DNA of 64,000 nucleotides, from contig JACQQV010000010.1 of NCBI GenBank assembly GCA_016206785.1, positions 302 to 64,301 of the forward strand, in the 5' to 3' direction. This DNA comes from Candidatus Omnitrophota bacterium (GTDB taxonomy: Bacteria; Omnitrophota; Gorgyraeia; JACQQV01). The stretch's first letter is position 1; each line of letters opens with the position of its first letter. The position numbers were made by a program, and so were the translations under genes. The notes beneath the pieces are model-generated. The model had not been told where the DNA came from. It made no database searches and was given only the letters and a program-made list of their open reading frames with translations. Shown in pieces: positions 1 to 8,335 of this stretch.

Positions 1-1
1 A

Positions 2-484
2 GGCTACCTCTCACGGGAACGGGGGGCCCGCACGATCAAGATTAAATCTTCTCTTGGGGGACGTTTTCCGAATCGTCCCCAAAAGCAAGCGGGACGCTTC
101 GGAGAAAACGTCCCTGTTTTGGGTGCGATCGCAGCGGGTTCCCCGATCCTCGCGGAAGAAAATCTTGAAGATCACCTCCTGGTAGACGAACGATTCGCCT
201 CCGGAAAAAATATTTTTGCCCTCAAGGTCAAAGGCGAAAGCATGCTCGGCGCAGGCATCCTCCCCGGAGATTATGTCCTTGTACGGCAGCAGTTGAAAGT
301 CGAAAACGGTGAAATCGCTGCTGTCCTCCTTGACGATGAGGCGACCGTGAAGCGGGTCCATTGCTCAAAAACGACGTTGCGCCTCGTGAGCGAAAATCCG
401 GCGATGGCGCCGATAGAGGTGCGGGAAAATGAGAAGCGCGTGCAGATCTTGGGAAAAATAGTTGGTGTTATGCGGAAGTTATAG
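2..484 (+). CDS. lexA: LexA repressor, 5'-truncated by the window edge
   Basis: The frame is open from base 2 (GYLSRERGARTI, end of the winged helix). It contains the VPVLGAIAAG Ala-Gly cleavage site, the catalytic Ser (GESM) and the catalytic Lys (ATVKR) of the S24 domain. Confidence 0.93.
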   Translation, partial: GYLSRERGARTIKIKSSLGGRFPNRPQKQAGRFGENVPVLGAIAAGSPILAEENLEDHLLVDERFASGKNIFALKVKGESMLGAGILPGDYVLVRQQLKVENGEIAAVLLDDEATVKRVHCSKTTLRLVSENPAMAPIEVRENEKRVQILGKIVGVMRKL

Positions 485-495
485 AAAGACACGAG

Positions 496-583
496 GCCTT
501 GCCTTAAGACGCATGTGCGCAGGCCGAGCATCAAGCGCAGCAACGCACGCTGGGGGTTGCAAGCGGTGCGGCGAAGGCAAGGC
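496..583. repeat. Inverted-repeat-bounded intergenic element
   Basis: GCCTTGCCTT (496-505) pairs with AAGGCAAGGC (574-583); there is an internal GCAAC/GTTGC stem. Confidence 0.5.
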
Positions 584-609
584 TGAGTGGCTTTCATGAT
601 CGATAAACA

Positions 610-2661
610 ATGCAACGACTTAGTAATCCTCCCAATCCCTACGAATCGTCGTATCGAGAATATCTCGAAGAGCCGCCGCTCACAGAACTGGAGGTTTACG
701 AAGACAATTCGCAAACGATCCTTTCCAAAAATGAGAGCCCCGACCTTTGCTTTACATGGAGCCTCAACCCGTATCGGGGATGCATGCATGGATGCGCTTA
801 CTGCCTATCGGGTGATACACCGATTGCAATGGCAGACGGCCGCACAACACCTCTTGCCGATGTCCGCGTGGGCGACGAAATCTATGGAACCATCCTGCGC
901 GAGAAATACCACTACTTTGTCAAGACACGTGTCCTCGCTCACTGGAGCGTTGTAAAGCCCGCATACCGCGTCACACTCGAAAACGGAGCACAGTTCATTA
1001 CAAGCGGTGACCATCGATTCCTGACGAACCGAGGGTGGAAATATGTCATAGGTACACAACAAGGGCGAACGAGACGACCGCATCTTACAACAAAGAATAA
1101 ACTGATCGGGATAGATCAGTTTACAACGCCGCCCAATGCGGTTCTCGATTATCAAAAAGGATACTTGTGCGGTATGATTCGTGGCGATGGCTTACTCGGA
1201 TCCTATAACTATGATGGACGCAGACGGGCCAAAGATTCACAATACCAGTTTCGGCTCGCACTCATCGACCCAGAACCTCTGCAGCGAGCACAGCGATACC
1301 TGTCAAGATTCGGAGTGTCTACTCACGAATTCTTGTTCCAAAAACCGATCACGGGATACCGACCAATGCATGCAATCCGCACAAATGCCCGCTCTCACGT
1401 TGAACGTGTCAATGAGCTTATTCAATGGCCGATGGAATCAAATATCGACTGGCATAAAGGCTTCTTAGCCGGTATCTTTGATGCAGAAGGCAGCTACAGT
1501 TGCGGGGTGCTTCGCATATGTAACACAAGCACTGTTATCATTAACAGCATCACCGACAGCCTCCGGCGGCTCAGTTTCGACTACGCAATCGAAAAAAGGC
1601 CGAGAGAAAAACCCATTTACAATGTCCGCGTACGGGGTGGCCTCGGAGAGCATCTGCGATTTTTTCATACAACCGATCCGGCCATCACTCGGAAGAAGAA
1701 TATTGCAGGCCAAGCGATTAAGAACCGGGCTCGCCTACGCGTATCCTCCGTTGAAGCCCTCAGGCTTTCGCTACCGCTCTTCGACATGACCACGGGTACA
1801 GGCGACTTCATCGCCAACGGCGTGGTCAGCCACAACTGCTACGCCCGTCCTACGCATGAGTATCTCGGGTTCGGCTCAGGAACCGATTTTCAGACAAAAA
1901 TTGTCGTGAAACCAAAAGCCCCTGAACTCTTGAGAGCCCACTTTCTTAAAAAATCGTGGAAAGGGGAACTGATCCTCTTCTCGGGGAATACCGACTGCTA
2001 TCAACCCCTTGAAGCGTCTTGGCAACTGACGCGCCGGTGTCTCGAAGTCTGCCTTGAATTTCAGAATCCGGTCTCCATCATCACGAAATCTTACCTTGTG
2101 ACACGGGATATAGACCTTCTGAAGGAATTGGATTGCAAGGCATTTGTCCAGATTTTTTTCAGCATCCCTTTCCTCGACGAGGAGGTCTCGCGGCGTCTTG
2201 AGCCCTTCACCGCCACTCCCCGTCGGCGATTTGAAGCGATGAAGCGCTTGTCTTGCGCGGGACTCAAGACAGGGATCTCTCTTGCGCCACTCATCCCAGG
2301 CTTAAACGACGCCGATATGCCGCGTCTCCTTAAGACAGCAAAAGAGTCAGGGGCCTCCTCTGCGTTTACTGCACTTCTCCGTCTTCCGGGGAATGTGAAA
2401 TCGGTTTTCTTAAAAGAACTCGAAACCCATTTTCCACTGAAAGCCAAGAAGGTGATCGATCGCATTCGGGAAGTCCGTGGGGGTCCGCTGTACAATTCCA
2501 ATTTTTTTGAAAGGCAGGAGGGACAAGGAAATTACTGGGACCATCTGGAAAAAACATTTGAGGTGTATCAAAGGAAGTTTGGACTCGACCAGTTTCCGGA
2601 GCCGCCTTCACCCTCCCCCTTTCGTGTTCCTTCGGAACAGAAGGAGTTCGCTTTCTTCTAA
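610..2661 (+). CDS. Rv2578c/PA0069 (SplB-like) radical SAM protein, intein-containing
   Basis: SLNPYRGCMHGCAY-[intein]-CYARPTHEYLG rebuilds the CxxxCxxC motif after splicing. SGNTDCYQPLE and ITKS motifs are present. Confidence 0.92.
   Translation: MQRLSNPPNPYESSYREYLEEPPLTELEVYEDNSQTILSKNESPDLCFTWSLNPYRGCMHGCAYCLSGDTPIAMADGRTTPLADVRVGDEIYGTILREKYHYFVKTRVLAHWSVVKPAYRVTLENGAQFITSGDHRFLTNRGWKYVIGTQQGRTRRPHLTTKNKLIGIDQFTTPPNAVLDYQKGYLCGMIRGDGLLGSYNYDGRRRAKDSQYQFRLALIDPEPLQRAQRYLSRFGVSTHEFLFQKPITGYRPMHAIRTNARSHVERVNELIQWPMESNIDWHKGFLAGIFDAEGSYSCGVLRICNTSTVIINSITDSLRRLSFDYAIEKRPREKPIYNVRVRGGLGEHLRFFHTTDPAITRKKNIAGQAIKNRARLRVSSVEALRLSLPLFDMTTGTGDFIANGVVSHNCYARPTHEYLGFGSGTDFQTKIVVKPKAPELLRAHFLKKSWKGELILFSGNTDCYQPLEASWQLTRRCLEVCLEFQNPVSIITKSYLVTRDIDLLKELDCKAFVQIFFSIPFLDEEVSRRLEPFTATPRRRFEAMKRLSCAGLKTGISLAPLIPGLNDADMPRLLKTAKESGASSAFTALLRLPGNVKSVFLKELETHFPLKAKKVIDRIREVRGGPLYNSNFFERQEGQGNYWDHLEKTFEVYQRKFGLDQFPEPPSPSPFRVPSEQKEFAFF
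802..1836 (+). mobile_element. Intein (345 aa) with LAGLIDADG homing endonuclease
   Basis: Block A CLSGDTPI, block B TSGDHRFLT, LAGLIDADG blocks YLCGMIRGDG and FLAGIFDAEG, and C-terminal FIANGVVSHN followed by a +1 Cys. Confidence 0.95.
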
Positions 2662-2679
2662 AACGGGGAGGTCAAAAAC

Positions 2680-2763
2680 ATGCAGGCAGTGGTTGAACGC
2701 TTCGGATTCAGAATCCGGCTGAAGATGGCTGCCGTGATTCTTTTCTGGTTACTGTTTATCTAA
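2680..2763 (+). CDS. Putative 27-aa single-helix membrane peptide MQAVVERFGFRIRLKMAAVILFWLLFI
   Basis: Strong SD GGAGGT 7 nt upstream of the ATG. Basic N-half and hydrophobic C-half. It fills the gap after the radical SAM gene. Confidence 0.55.
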   Translation: MQAVVERFGFRIRLKMAAVILFWLLFI

Positions 2764-2770
2764 GGGGGGA

Positions 2771-4567
2771 TTAGGAAACTTCAAGAACGGTGTTTTCGCC
2801 GCCGAAGGGATTGGTGACACGGCTCTGGCCAGAAGGATCTGCCTGCCAGACACCGTCCACATAAAATTGGTATTGATAAGAACCGGGAGGGAGAGAAAGT
2901 GTCAGTTTCCAAGCGCCGTTTTTCGTTCTTCTCATCGGGTTCGCTTGAGGATCCCAGTCGTTAAAATCCCCCACCAAGGAAACAGACTTTGCGGAAGGAC
3001 CCTCGAAGCCAAACACGACCGGCTTTCCAGAGACCTCTTCTCTTAAAAATTCCTCAAGTGTCCGGCGCACCTCCCGCATATAGGGAAGTTTTTCTGTCAC
3101 AAACTGACCGATGAGGGAACTCCCTTCTTGAGAGAGATCCATAAAAGAAATGCCGTAGTGGGAAGCGTTCTCCTCATTGATTTTCCAGACCACTTTTCCC
3201 TGTGTCTCGAGACTCGATTTCCGTTTGGGGAAGAGAAGCTTTAAAGAAAGCGGACTCGGTAGTTCGACATTTTCTTTAAGTTCAAAAGAGATGCCCCCGC
3301 AACTTACATTTTTGGGATAGCCATAGAGGAGACGCCCCTGGGGTCCCTGCACCTCCACCGTCAAAGGAAGACCCCGTCTCTCAATGGGAAGGATCGGGAG
3401 GCGTGTCCATTGGCGCCTTTCTTCGCCTACCTCTTTTTCCCGGATCTCTTCGAGAGGCTGATGCTTCATCTCCTCCAACACGTTCTCCAGTTCCCGTCGC
3501 TGCGAGACCTCCTGATTCAGGCGCGTTGAGACTTCACGGAGCTCTTTCAAAAGATCCTCCTGAAGCGTCATTTTTTCATTCAATTCACCCTGAAGGACTC
3601 TGAGCCGATCGGAAAGTCCTGCCCGTTCACTCGCCATCTCCTCCAGGTAGACCGTGCGGGTCTCTACCTCTCTTCTCAATTTGGATCTTTCTTCAAGAAG
3701 CATCTTGGTTTCCTCTTGAACTTTAAGATGAGAGTTTCTCAGCGCATCGAGTTCTTTGCTAAACCGTTCTTCCCGAGAAACCCCTTCTTCCTTCAAGGCA
3801 ATGATCCGTTTCGCCATGTCCCAAGATTGTTGTTTTTCCTGTAATAAACGCTTTCGCATCAAAAACCAGGAAAGGGGCCAAAGGACCCCTCCGAGAATCA
3901 GGAAAAAGAGGACGAAGGAAGGAGTTTTATGCCAGGTGGAAGCGGTTGCGCGAGACCTTTGAGGAACCTCTGAGCGTCGCGTCTCTGTGCGGTGAGGCGG
4001 AGAAAGAGGGGTCATCCTCATCAAAGTCAAAGGAGGGGCCGTCATTTTTGCCATCGCCTCTTGGAATGCCCCTGCGAGGATTTCTTCCCGCTTATACTCT
4101 TGCGACCCTTCCACGGGAAGAGTAGTGAGCATTACTTTTCCTGTAATGAGATCACTCCCCGGGATTTCCTTTGGATGCCGGATCACAAGCACAATCGACT
4201 TGGAGCCTTCAAACACTTCGTAGGTGGTCTTGGCCAAGAGGTTGAAGGTTAACGTCTTGAGGGGTTTTTTTGCGCCGAGGAGAGGATAGCTCCGAAAGTA
4301 AGTCGCCTCGATCCCCTTCACCATCCCTCTCTGAATCGGAACCGACGAAGGGATGTTGCTATAAACGGAACTCTCGAAAAACCGAAAGACGATTTTGGGG
4401 GGATCGGATTGATAGAAATGACGGTAGATCATCGGGCCGGAGGTGTTAATGACCACACGGGTACTTTCGGAAGACTTGGACTCTGTGACGCCAAGCGCCG
4501 ACTGAGACTTAAGAATAAGCATCCCCACCGCCAGAGCGGTGGCAAGGAAAAATCCCTTTCGCATCAT
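2771..4567 (-). CDS. Membrane protein: signal peptide, AMIN-like domain, TM helix, coiled coil, PilZ, CBM48 (AMPK-beta-like)
   Basis: PilZ motifs RRQWTR and NVSCGG. CBM48 motif VSLVGDFNDW...GSYQYQFYVDGVWQADP. TM helix FVLFFLILGGVLWPL. AMIN-like 'SDPPKIVFRF'. Confidence 0.75.
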   Translation of the reverse strand: MMRKGFFLATALAVGMLILKSQSALGVTESKSSESTRVVINTSGPMIYRHFYQSDPPKIVFRFFESSVYSNIPSSVPIQRGMVKGIEATYFRSYPLLGAKKPLKTLTFNLLAKTTYEVFEGSKSIVLVIRHPKEIPGSDLITGKVMLTTLPVEGSQEYKREEILAGAFQEAMAKMTAPPLTLMRMTPLSPPHRTETRRSEVPQRSRATASTWHKTPSFVLFFLILGGVLWPLSWFLMRKRLLQEKQQSWDMAKRIIALKEEGVSREERFSKELDALRNSHLKVQEETKMLLEERSKLRREVETRTVYLEEMASERAGLSDRLRVLQGELNEKMTLQEDLLKELREVSTRLNQEVSQRRELENVLEEMKHQPLEEIREKEVGEERRQWTRLPILPIERRGLPLTVEVQGPQGRLLYGYPKNVSCGGISFELKENVELPSPLSLKLLFPKRKSSLETQGKVVWKINEENASHYGISFMDLSQEGSSLIGQFVTEKLPYMREVRRTLEEFLREEVSGKPVVFGFEGPSAKSVSLVGDFNDWDPQANPMRRTKNGAWKLTLSLPPGSYQYQFYVDGVWQADPSGQSRVTNPFGGENTVLEVS

Positions 4568-4570
4568 TCC

Positions 4571-5272
4571 CTAAAGTTCCCTGACGTGATCATTCTCTTG
4601 AATCGGCTGTTGCGTCCATTCGGGAAGGATCCGACAGGCCGAGATGGTATCGCGCACCTCCTCCACCTGGACCCTCCCAATGTATTGGTCTTCCCGATAG
4701 ATCGTTAGAACCGTTCCGGCATCCAGTTTTGCTTCGGAGCCGAGATCGACTACCACAAACTGGAACTTTTCATTCACGACCAAGACCTTCCCTTCAAGAA
4801 TGGGTGTGGCACTGACGATGATCTGACCGAGGTCCACCTCTTCCGGAGACCGGGCGAGGATCTTGGTCATCTGTGTCCTGAGGGATTTCTTCTCCCCCTG
4901 TGTGATCATGAGTTGGTTATGAAGGGTATTTCTTTCTTTCGCCAGCTTCTGTTTTTCCAGACGCTCTTTTGTGATCTCGTGTTGAAGACGAGTCAGTCTT
5001 TTCTCAACACCTTTGAGCCGTACGAGGGTCATCTGGTTCGTCTGTTTCAGACCCAACAGGTCATGCTCCATTCGTGCAGATCTGTTTTTGTGAGACGAAA
5101 GCGCTTCCTCAAGAACTGTCTTGGACCTTAATGCGCGAAGCAGTGCTTCCTCTGCGGCAAGGCGACGGGTCACTTCCCTTTCTTTCAGCATAAAGAGGAT
5201 ACCGGTTGAAGAAGCGGAGGAAAGGGTGAGAATGATTAAAAGTCTTGTTGTAAACCATTTTCTAAAGTTCAT
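4571..5272 (-). CDS. Membrane-anchored coiled-coil protein with a C-terminal beta domain
   Basis: N-terminal hydrophobic segment, long heptad region, and a GKVLVVNEKFQFVVVDLG C-terminal domain. Confidence 0.7.
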   Translation of the reverse strand: MNFRKWFTTRLLIILTLSSASSTGILFMLKEREVTRRLAAEEALLRALRSKTVLEEALSSHKNRSARMEHDLLGLKQTNQMTLVRLKGVEKRLTRLQHEITKERLEKQKLAKERNTLHNQLMITQGEKKSLRTQMTKILARSPEEVDLGQIIVSATPILEGKVLVVNEKFQFVVVDLGSEAKLDAGTVLTIYREDQYIGRVQVEEVRDTISACRILPEWTQQPIQENDHVREL

Positions 5273-5288
5273 CGGTCAGCCCTCAAAC

Positions 5289-5327
5289 AAAAAAATCCAC
5301 GTTTCCCAAATATTGAGAAACTTGGAT
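5289..5327 (-). terminator. Intrinsic terminator inside a 5' leader
   Basis: Minus strand ATCCAAGTTTCTCAA-TAT-TTGGGAAACGTGGAT followed by a T-tract, ending 16 nt before the ATG at 5272. Confidence 0.7.
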
Positions 5328-5403
5328 CTCTTGACAATTCCAGAAAATGTCTTTGTCGAACCCAAGTGATCCCACCCCCTCACCGGTTCGCGCATTTGGA
5401 GAT

Positions 5404-5432
5404 AATATATCACATGCACAATTTTATGTCAA
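5404..5432 (-). promoter_or_regulatory. Sigma70 promoter
   Basis: TTGACA-17 bp-TATATT on the minus strand. Confidence 0.7.
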
Positions 5433-5441
5433 CTCTTTTTT

Positions 5442-6455
5442 TTATAGGGGGTTAGGAACGGATTTTAAACGTTCCACCTTGACTTTCGCCTCTTTCAAAA
5501 GGTGAAGAGAAACGGCATCCATGGAATACCCGTGACTGTAAATCACCTTTTGGATGCCGGTATTGATGATCATCTTGGTACAGATAAGACAGGGAGAGAA
5601 AGTCGTATAGAGAGTCGCTTCTCTAAGATTCGCTCCATGGTAGGCCGCCTGCGTGATGGCATTCTCCTCTCCATGCGAACAGAGACACTCTTCCAAACGG
5701 CTTCCCTGCGACCCGAAACTGTTACACCGAGGGCATCCCCCTTCATTGCAGTTTCTGACTCCGCGGGGGGTCCCATTGTATCCTGTCGAAATGACTCTTC
5801 GGTCCTTCACGATGACGGCGGCGACTTTCCGCTTGATGCAGTTGGAGCGGAGGGCAACGACCTTGGCGATCCCCATGAAATAGTCATCCCAGTCAGGCCT
5901 TGGGTTTTTTTTTGAAAGGGATACCAAGAGTTCCCGGAGAGAGGCCTCGAGGTGGGCAAGGGAGCCGTTGTTCCGGATGACCCGATCCGCCATTCGGAGA
6001 GTTTTTTGGAGCTGTTGGTCTTCTTCGACGTGGCTTTTTGCCTCAAGGCGCTCAAGGCGGATAAACTCCTTCAAACGCTTCGGATCTTTTTCCCGGCCAC
6101 GGCGCCTCACTCGCTCAAAACGGAGCCGTCGCGGCGCCTCCACCCGAAAAAGGACAAAATCGTTTCGGCGGCGAAGCGTCTTTACCTCCCCCGGGTGTCG
6201 GATGGAATCGATCACATAATTTTTGTCAACATCGAGGCATGAGAGAACCCTCTCCGCAAGAACCCCCGGTCCATGCTCCACCCGGAGTCTATTCCCTGCC
6301 TCGATGAGATGTTGGCGGGTCAGTGGTTTCTTCTTGGCACGGAGGTACTTTCGGATCACGTCCGAAAGAGAAAAATAATGAAATCCCCTTTCTTTCAGAA
6401 AGCGGGCCACCTCCCCTTTCCCCGAACCATTTTTGCCTGTCAAACCGATGATCAT
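5442..6455 (-). CDS. Fusion of a P-loop NMP/dephospho-CoA-kinase-like domain with dCMP deaminase
   Basis: N-terminal IIGLTGKNGSGKG. C-terminal RPDWDDYFM, GYNGTP, HGEENA and PCLIC zinc motifs. Confidence 0.88.
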   Translation of the reverse strand: MIIGLTGKNGSGKGEVARFLKERGFHYFSLSDVIRKYLRAKKKPLTRQHLIEAGNRLRVEHGPGVLAERVLSCLDVDKNYVIDSIRHPGEVKTLRRRNDFVLFRVEAPRRLRFERVRRRGREKDPKRLKEFIRLERLEAKSHVEEDQQLQKTLRMADRVIRNNGSLAHLEASLRELLVSLSKKNPRPDWDDYFMGIAKVVALRSNCIKRKVAAVIVKDRRVISTGYNGTPRGVRNCNEGGCPRCNSFGSQGSRLEECLCSHGEENAITQAAYHGANLREATLYTTFSPCLICTKMIINTGIQKVIYSHGYSMDAVSLHLLKEAKVKVERLKSVPNPL

Positions 6456-6461
6456 GGAGAT

Positions 6462-6512
6462 ATTATACTGATCCCCATGCCTCTCGACAAGAGAATTCCT
6501 AAGAAGTATAAT
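6462..6512. promoter_or_regulatory. Overlapping divergent sigma70 promoters, both apparently leaderless
   Basis: Minus: TTGTCG-17-TATAAT-6 nt-ATG(6455). Plus: TCGACA-17-TATAAT-6 nt-ATG(6519). Confidence 0.65.
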
Positions 6513-6518
6513 AGGGGC

Positions 6519-7598
6519 ATGTCACTGCTTATCGTCATGACCTTCTGCACTCTCGTCGGCCTCGTCCTCTGGATCTTCCTTGAGCTTAAAAAGGTGAAGC
6601 GGGCCCCCCTTAAGGAAGAGCTCCTCAAGGAGACGGATACGAAATTACAGGCTCTTCGCGAAGAATGGGGAAAGACGCTGGATCGCAATACCCAACTCAT
6701 TTCAACCCTGGTCCAGCAAACGGTAAGCCGCATTGACACAGTCTCGAACCAGGTGGGTAGCCGCCTGGACAACGCTGCCCGCGTTGTGGGAGACGTCAAA
6801 CAGCAACTGGGAGCGTTGGAACAGGCCAACCAGCAGATCTACGAAATCGGTAAGCATATCGCTCTTCTCCAAGAAGAACTTCGCGCGCCAAAATTCCGCG
6901 GAGAGATGGGGGAATTCCTGCTTGAGAATCTCCTCGCAAACGTTATGCCCCAGAAAGAATTTTATACGCTGCAGTATGAATTTAAGAGCCGACAAAAAGT
7001 CGATGCGGTGCTCCACATCGGAAACCGCCTTGTTCCCGTCGATGCCAAGTTTCCTCTCGAGGCCTTCCAAAGATTGATCACCTGTGCAACCGAGACGGAA
7101 AAAAAAGCGGCGAAAAAAGAATTCACCCGGGCCGTCAAAGACAAGATTGATGAGATTGCGGCAAAGTACATCCTTCCCGATGAAGGAACCTACGACTTTG
7201 CCATGATGTATATCCCTGCGGAAAATGTCTATTATGAAACGATCACCAAAGACGAGAATTTCGGCGATGAAAAAAGCCTTCTCCAGTACGCCCTCTCCAA
7301 AAAAGTCATCCCTGTCTCCCCTAACACCTTCTATGCCTACCTTAAAGTGATCCTCTTGGGACTCAAAGGTCTTGCGATCGAAAAAGGGGTTCAGGAAATT
7401 ATCGAGACATTGGTTCGATTACGGGGGGATTTTGAAAAATTTCAAGAGGATTTTTCAAAAATTGGAAAGCATCTCACCGATTCAAAAGCGAGTTACGACA
7501 ACGCAGAAAGACGCCTTGAAAAGTTTGGGGATAAACTGAATCAGATTGAAAGTGCTGAGTCTGACGCGGTTCCTTTGAAAATTCCTGATAAGATTTAA
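6519..7598 (+). CDS. rmuC: DNA recombination protein RmuC
   Basis: N-terminal TM helix, RGEMGEFLLE, PVDAKFP, KYILPDEGTYDFAMMYIPAE and VSPNT motifs. Start moved to ATG 6519. Confidence 0.92.
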   Translation: MSLLIVMTFCTLVGLVLWIFLELKKVKRAPLKEELLKETDTKLQALREEWGKTLDRNTQLISTLVQQTVSRIDTVSNQVGSRLDNAARVVGDVKQQLGALEQANQQIYEIGKHIALLQEELRAPKFRGEMGEFLLENLLANVMPQKEFYTLQYEFKSRQKVDAVLHIGNRLVPVDAKFPLEAFQRLITCATETEKKAAKKEFTRAVKDKIDEIAAKYILPDEGTYDFAMMYIPAENVYYETITKDENFGDEKSLLQYALSKKVIPVSPNTFYAYLKVILLGLKGLAIEKGVQEIIETLVRLRGDFEKFQEDFSKIGKHLTDSKASYDNAERRLEKFGDKLNQIESAESDAVPLKIPDKI

Positions 7599-7602
7599 TT
7601 CC

Positions 7603-8262
7603 CTATCCCGCATACGCCGTCGGATCCACAAGGGCCGCATTCCGAAAAGCACGCTTCCGCTCGGCGCATTTATTGCACCTCCCGCAATGCTTCTCACCAT
7701 GAGGATCAAAACAGGAGAAGGTCAGTTCCAGAGGAAGGTCCTTCCCTTTCAGCACCACCTCCTTCTTTGAAAGGTGGGAGAAGGGGGTAATGATGTTCAG
7801 GTCGAAACGGAGTCCCTCTGAGAAACTGGCTTCAAGGGTTTCAAAAAAACTGGGCGTAGCGTCTGGGAAGGGGTTACCGCGCAGAATGCCGATGGCAAGC
7901 GTCGGAATGTCTTTGAGGTTGCACCAAACTCCTGCCTTTGCCAAAAGAAAGATGTTTCTTCCCGGAATGTACACCGCGGAATCCTCCGAGGATTCATCCG
8001 GCACCTCTTTCCCGGTCACACTCCAATGGGTCTTTTGTAAATCCTGAATGGGAAGATCCAACGCACTGATCGGCTTCACGGCCGGATGGGCAAGCCGTGC
8101 CAGGAACCGTTTCAGCCACTGCATCTCCATCGCCTCCCATCGAAGTCCGTTCTGGATATAAAGAGGGTGGACTTCACTATACTCCTTGCAGAGTTCCGCA
8201 AGGAGGACCGCGCTATCGATGCCTCCACTTGAAAGAACGGCGACCGCTTCTTTTCTTGCCAT
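7603..8262 (-). CDS. queC: 7-cyano-7-deazaguanine synthase QueC(-like)
   Basis: SGGIDS PP-loop, IPGRN motif and C-x8-CGRCNKC zinc site. Confidence 0.85.
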   Translation of the reverse strand: MARKEAVAVLSSGGIDSAVLLAELCKEYSEVHPLYIQNGLRWEAMEMQWLKRFLARLAHPAVKPISALDLPIQDLQKTHWSVTGKEVPDESSEDSAVYIPGRNIFLLAKAGVWCNLKDIPTLAIGILRGNPFPDATPSFFETLEASFSEGLRFDLNIITPFSHLSKKEVVLKGKDLPLELTFSCFDPHGEKHCGRCNKCAERKRAFRNAALVDPTAYAG

Positions 8263-8335
8263 GAGGATGCCCCTGGGGGATAAGGGTATCAAATTCGTAC
8301 GAAAAAGTCTATCGCTTTTTTGTTATAATACCCCT

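Noticed and set aside
7603-8262. QueC as part of a Dpd or QatABCD defence system
   Set aside because: No dpdA, TatD or ATPase neighbours; the queD context fits ordinary metabolism.
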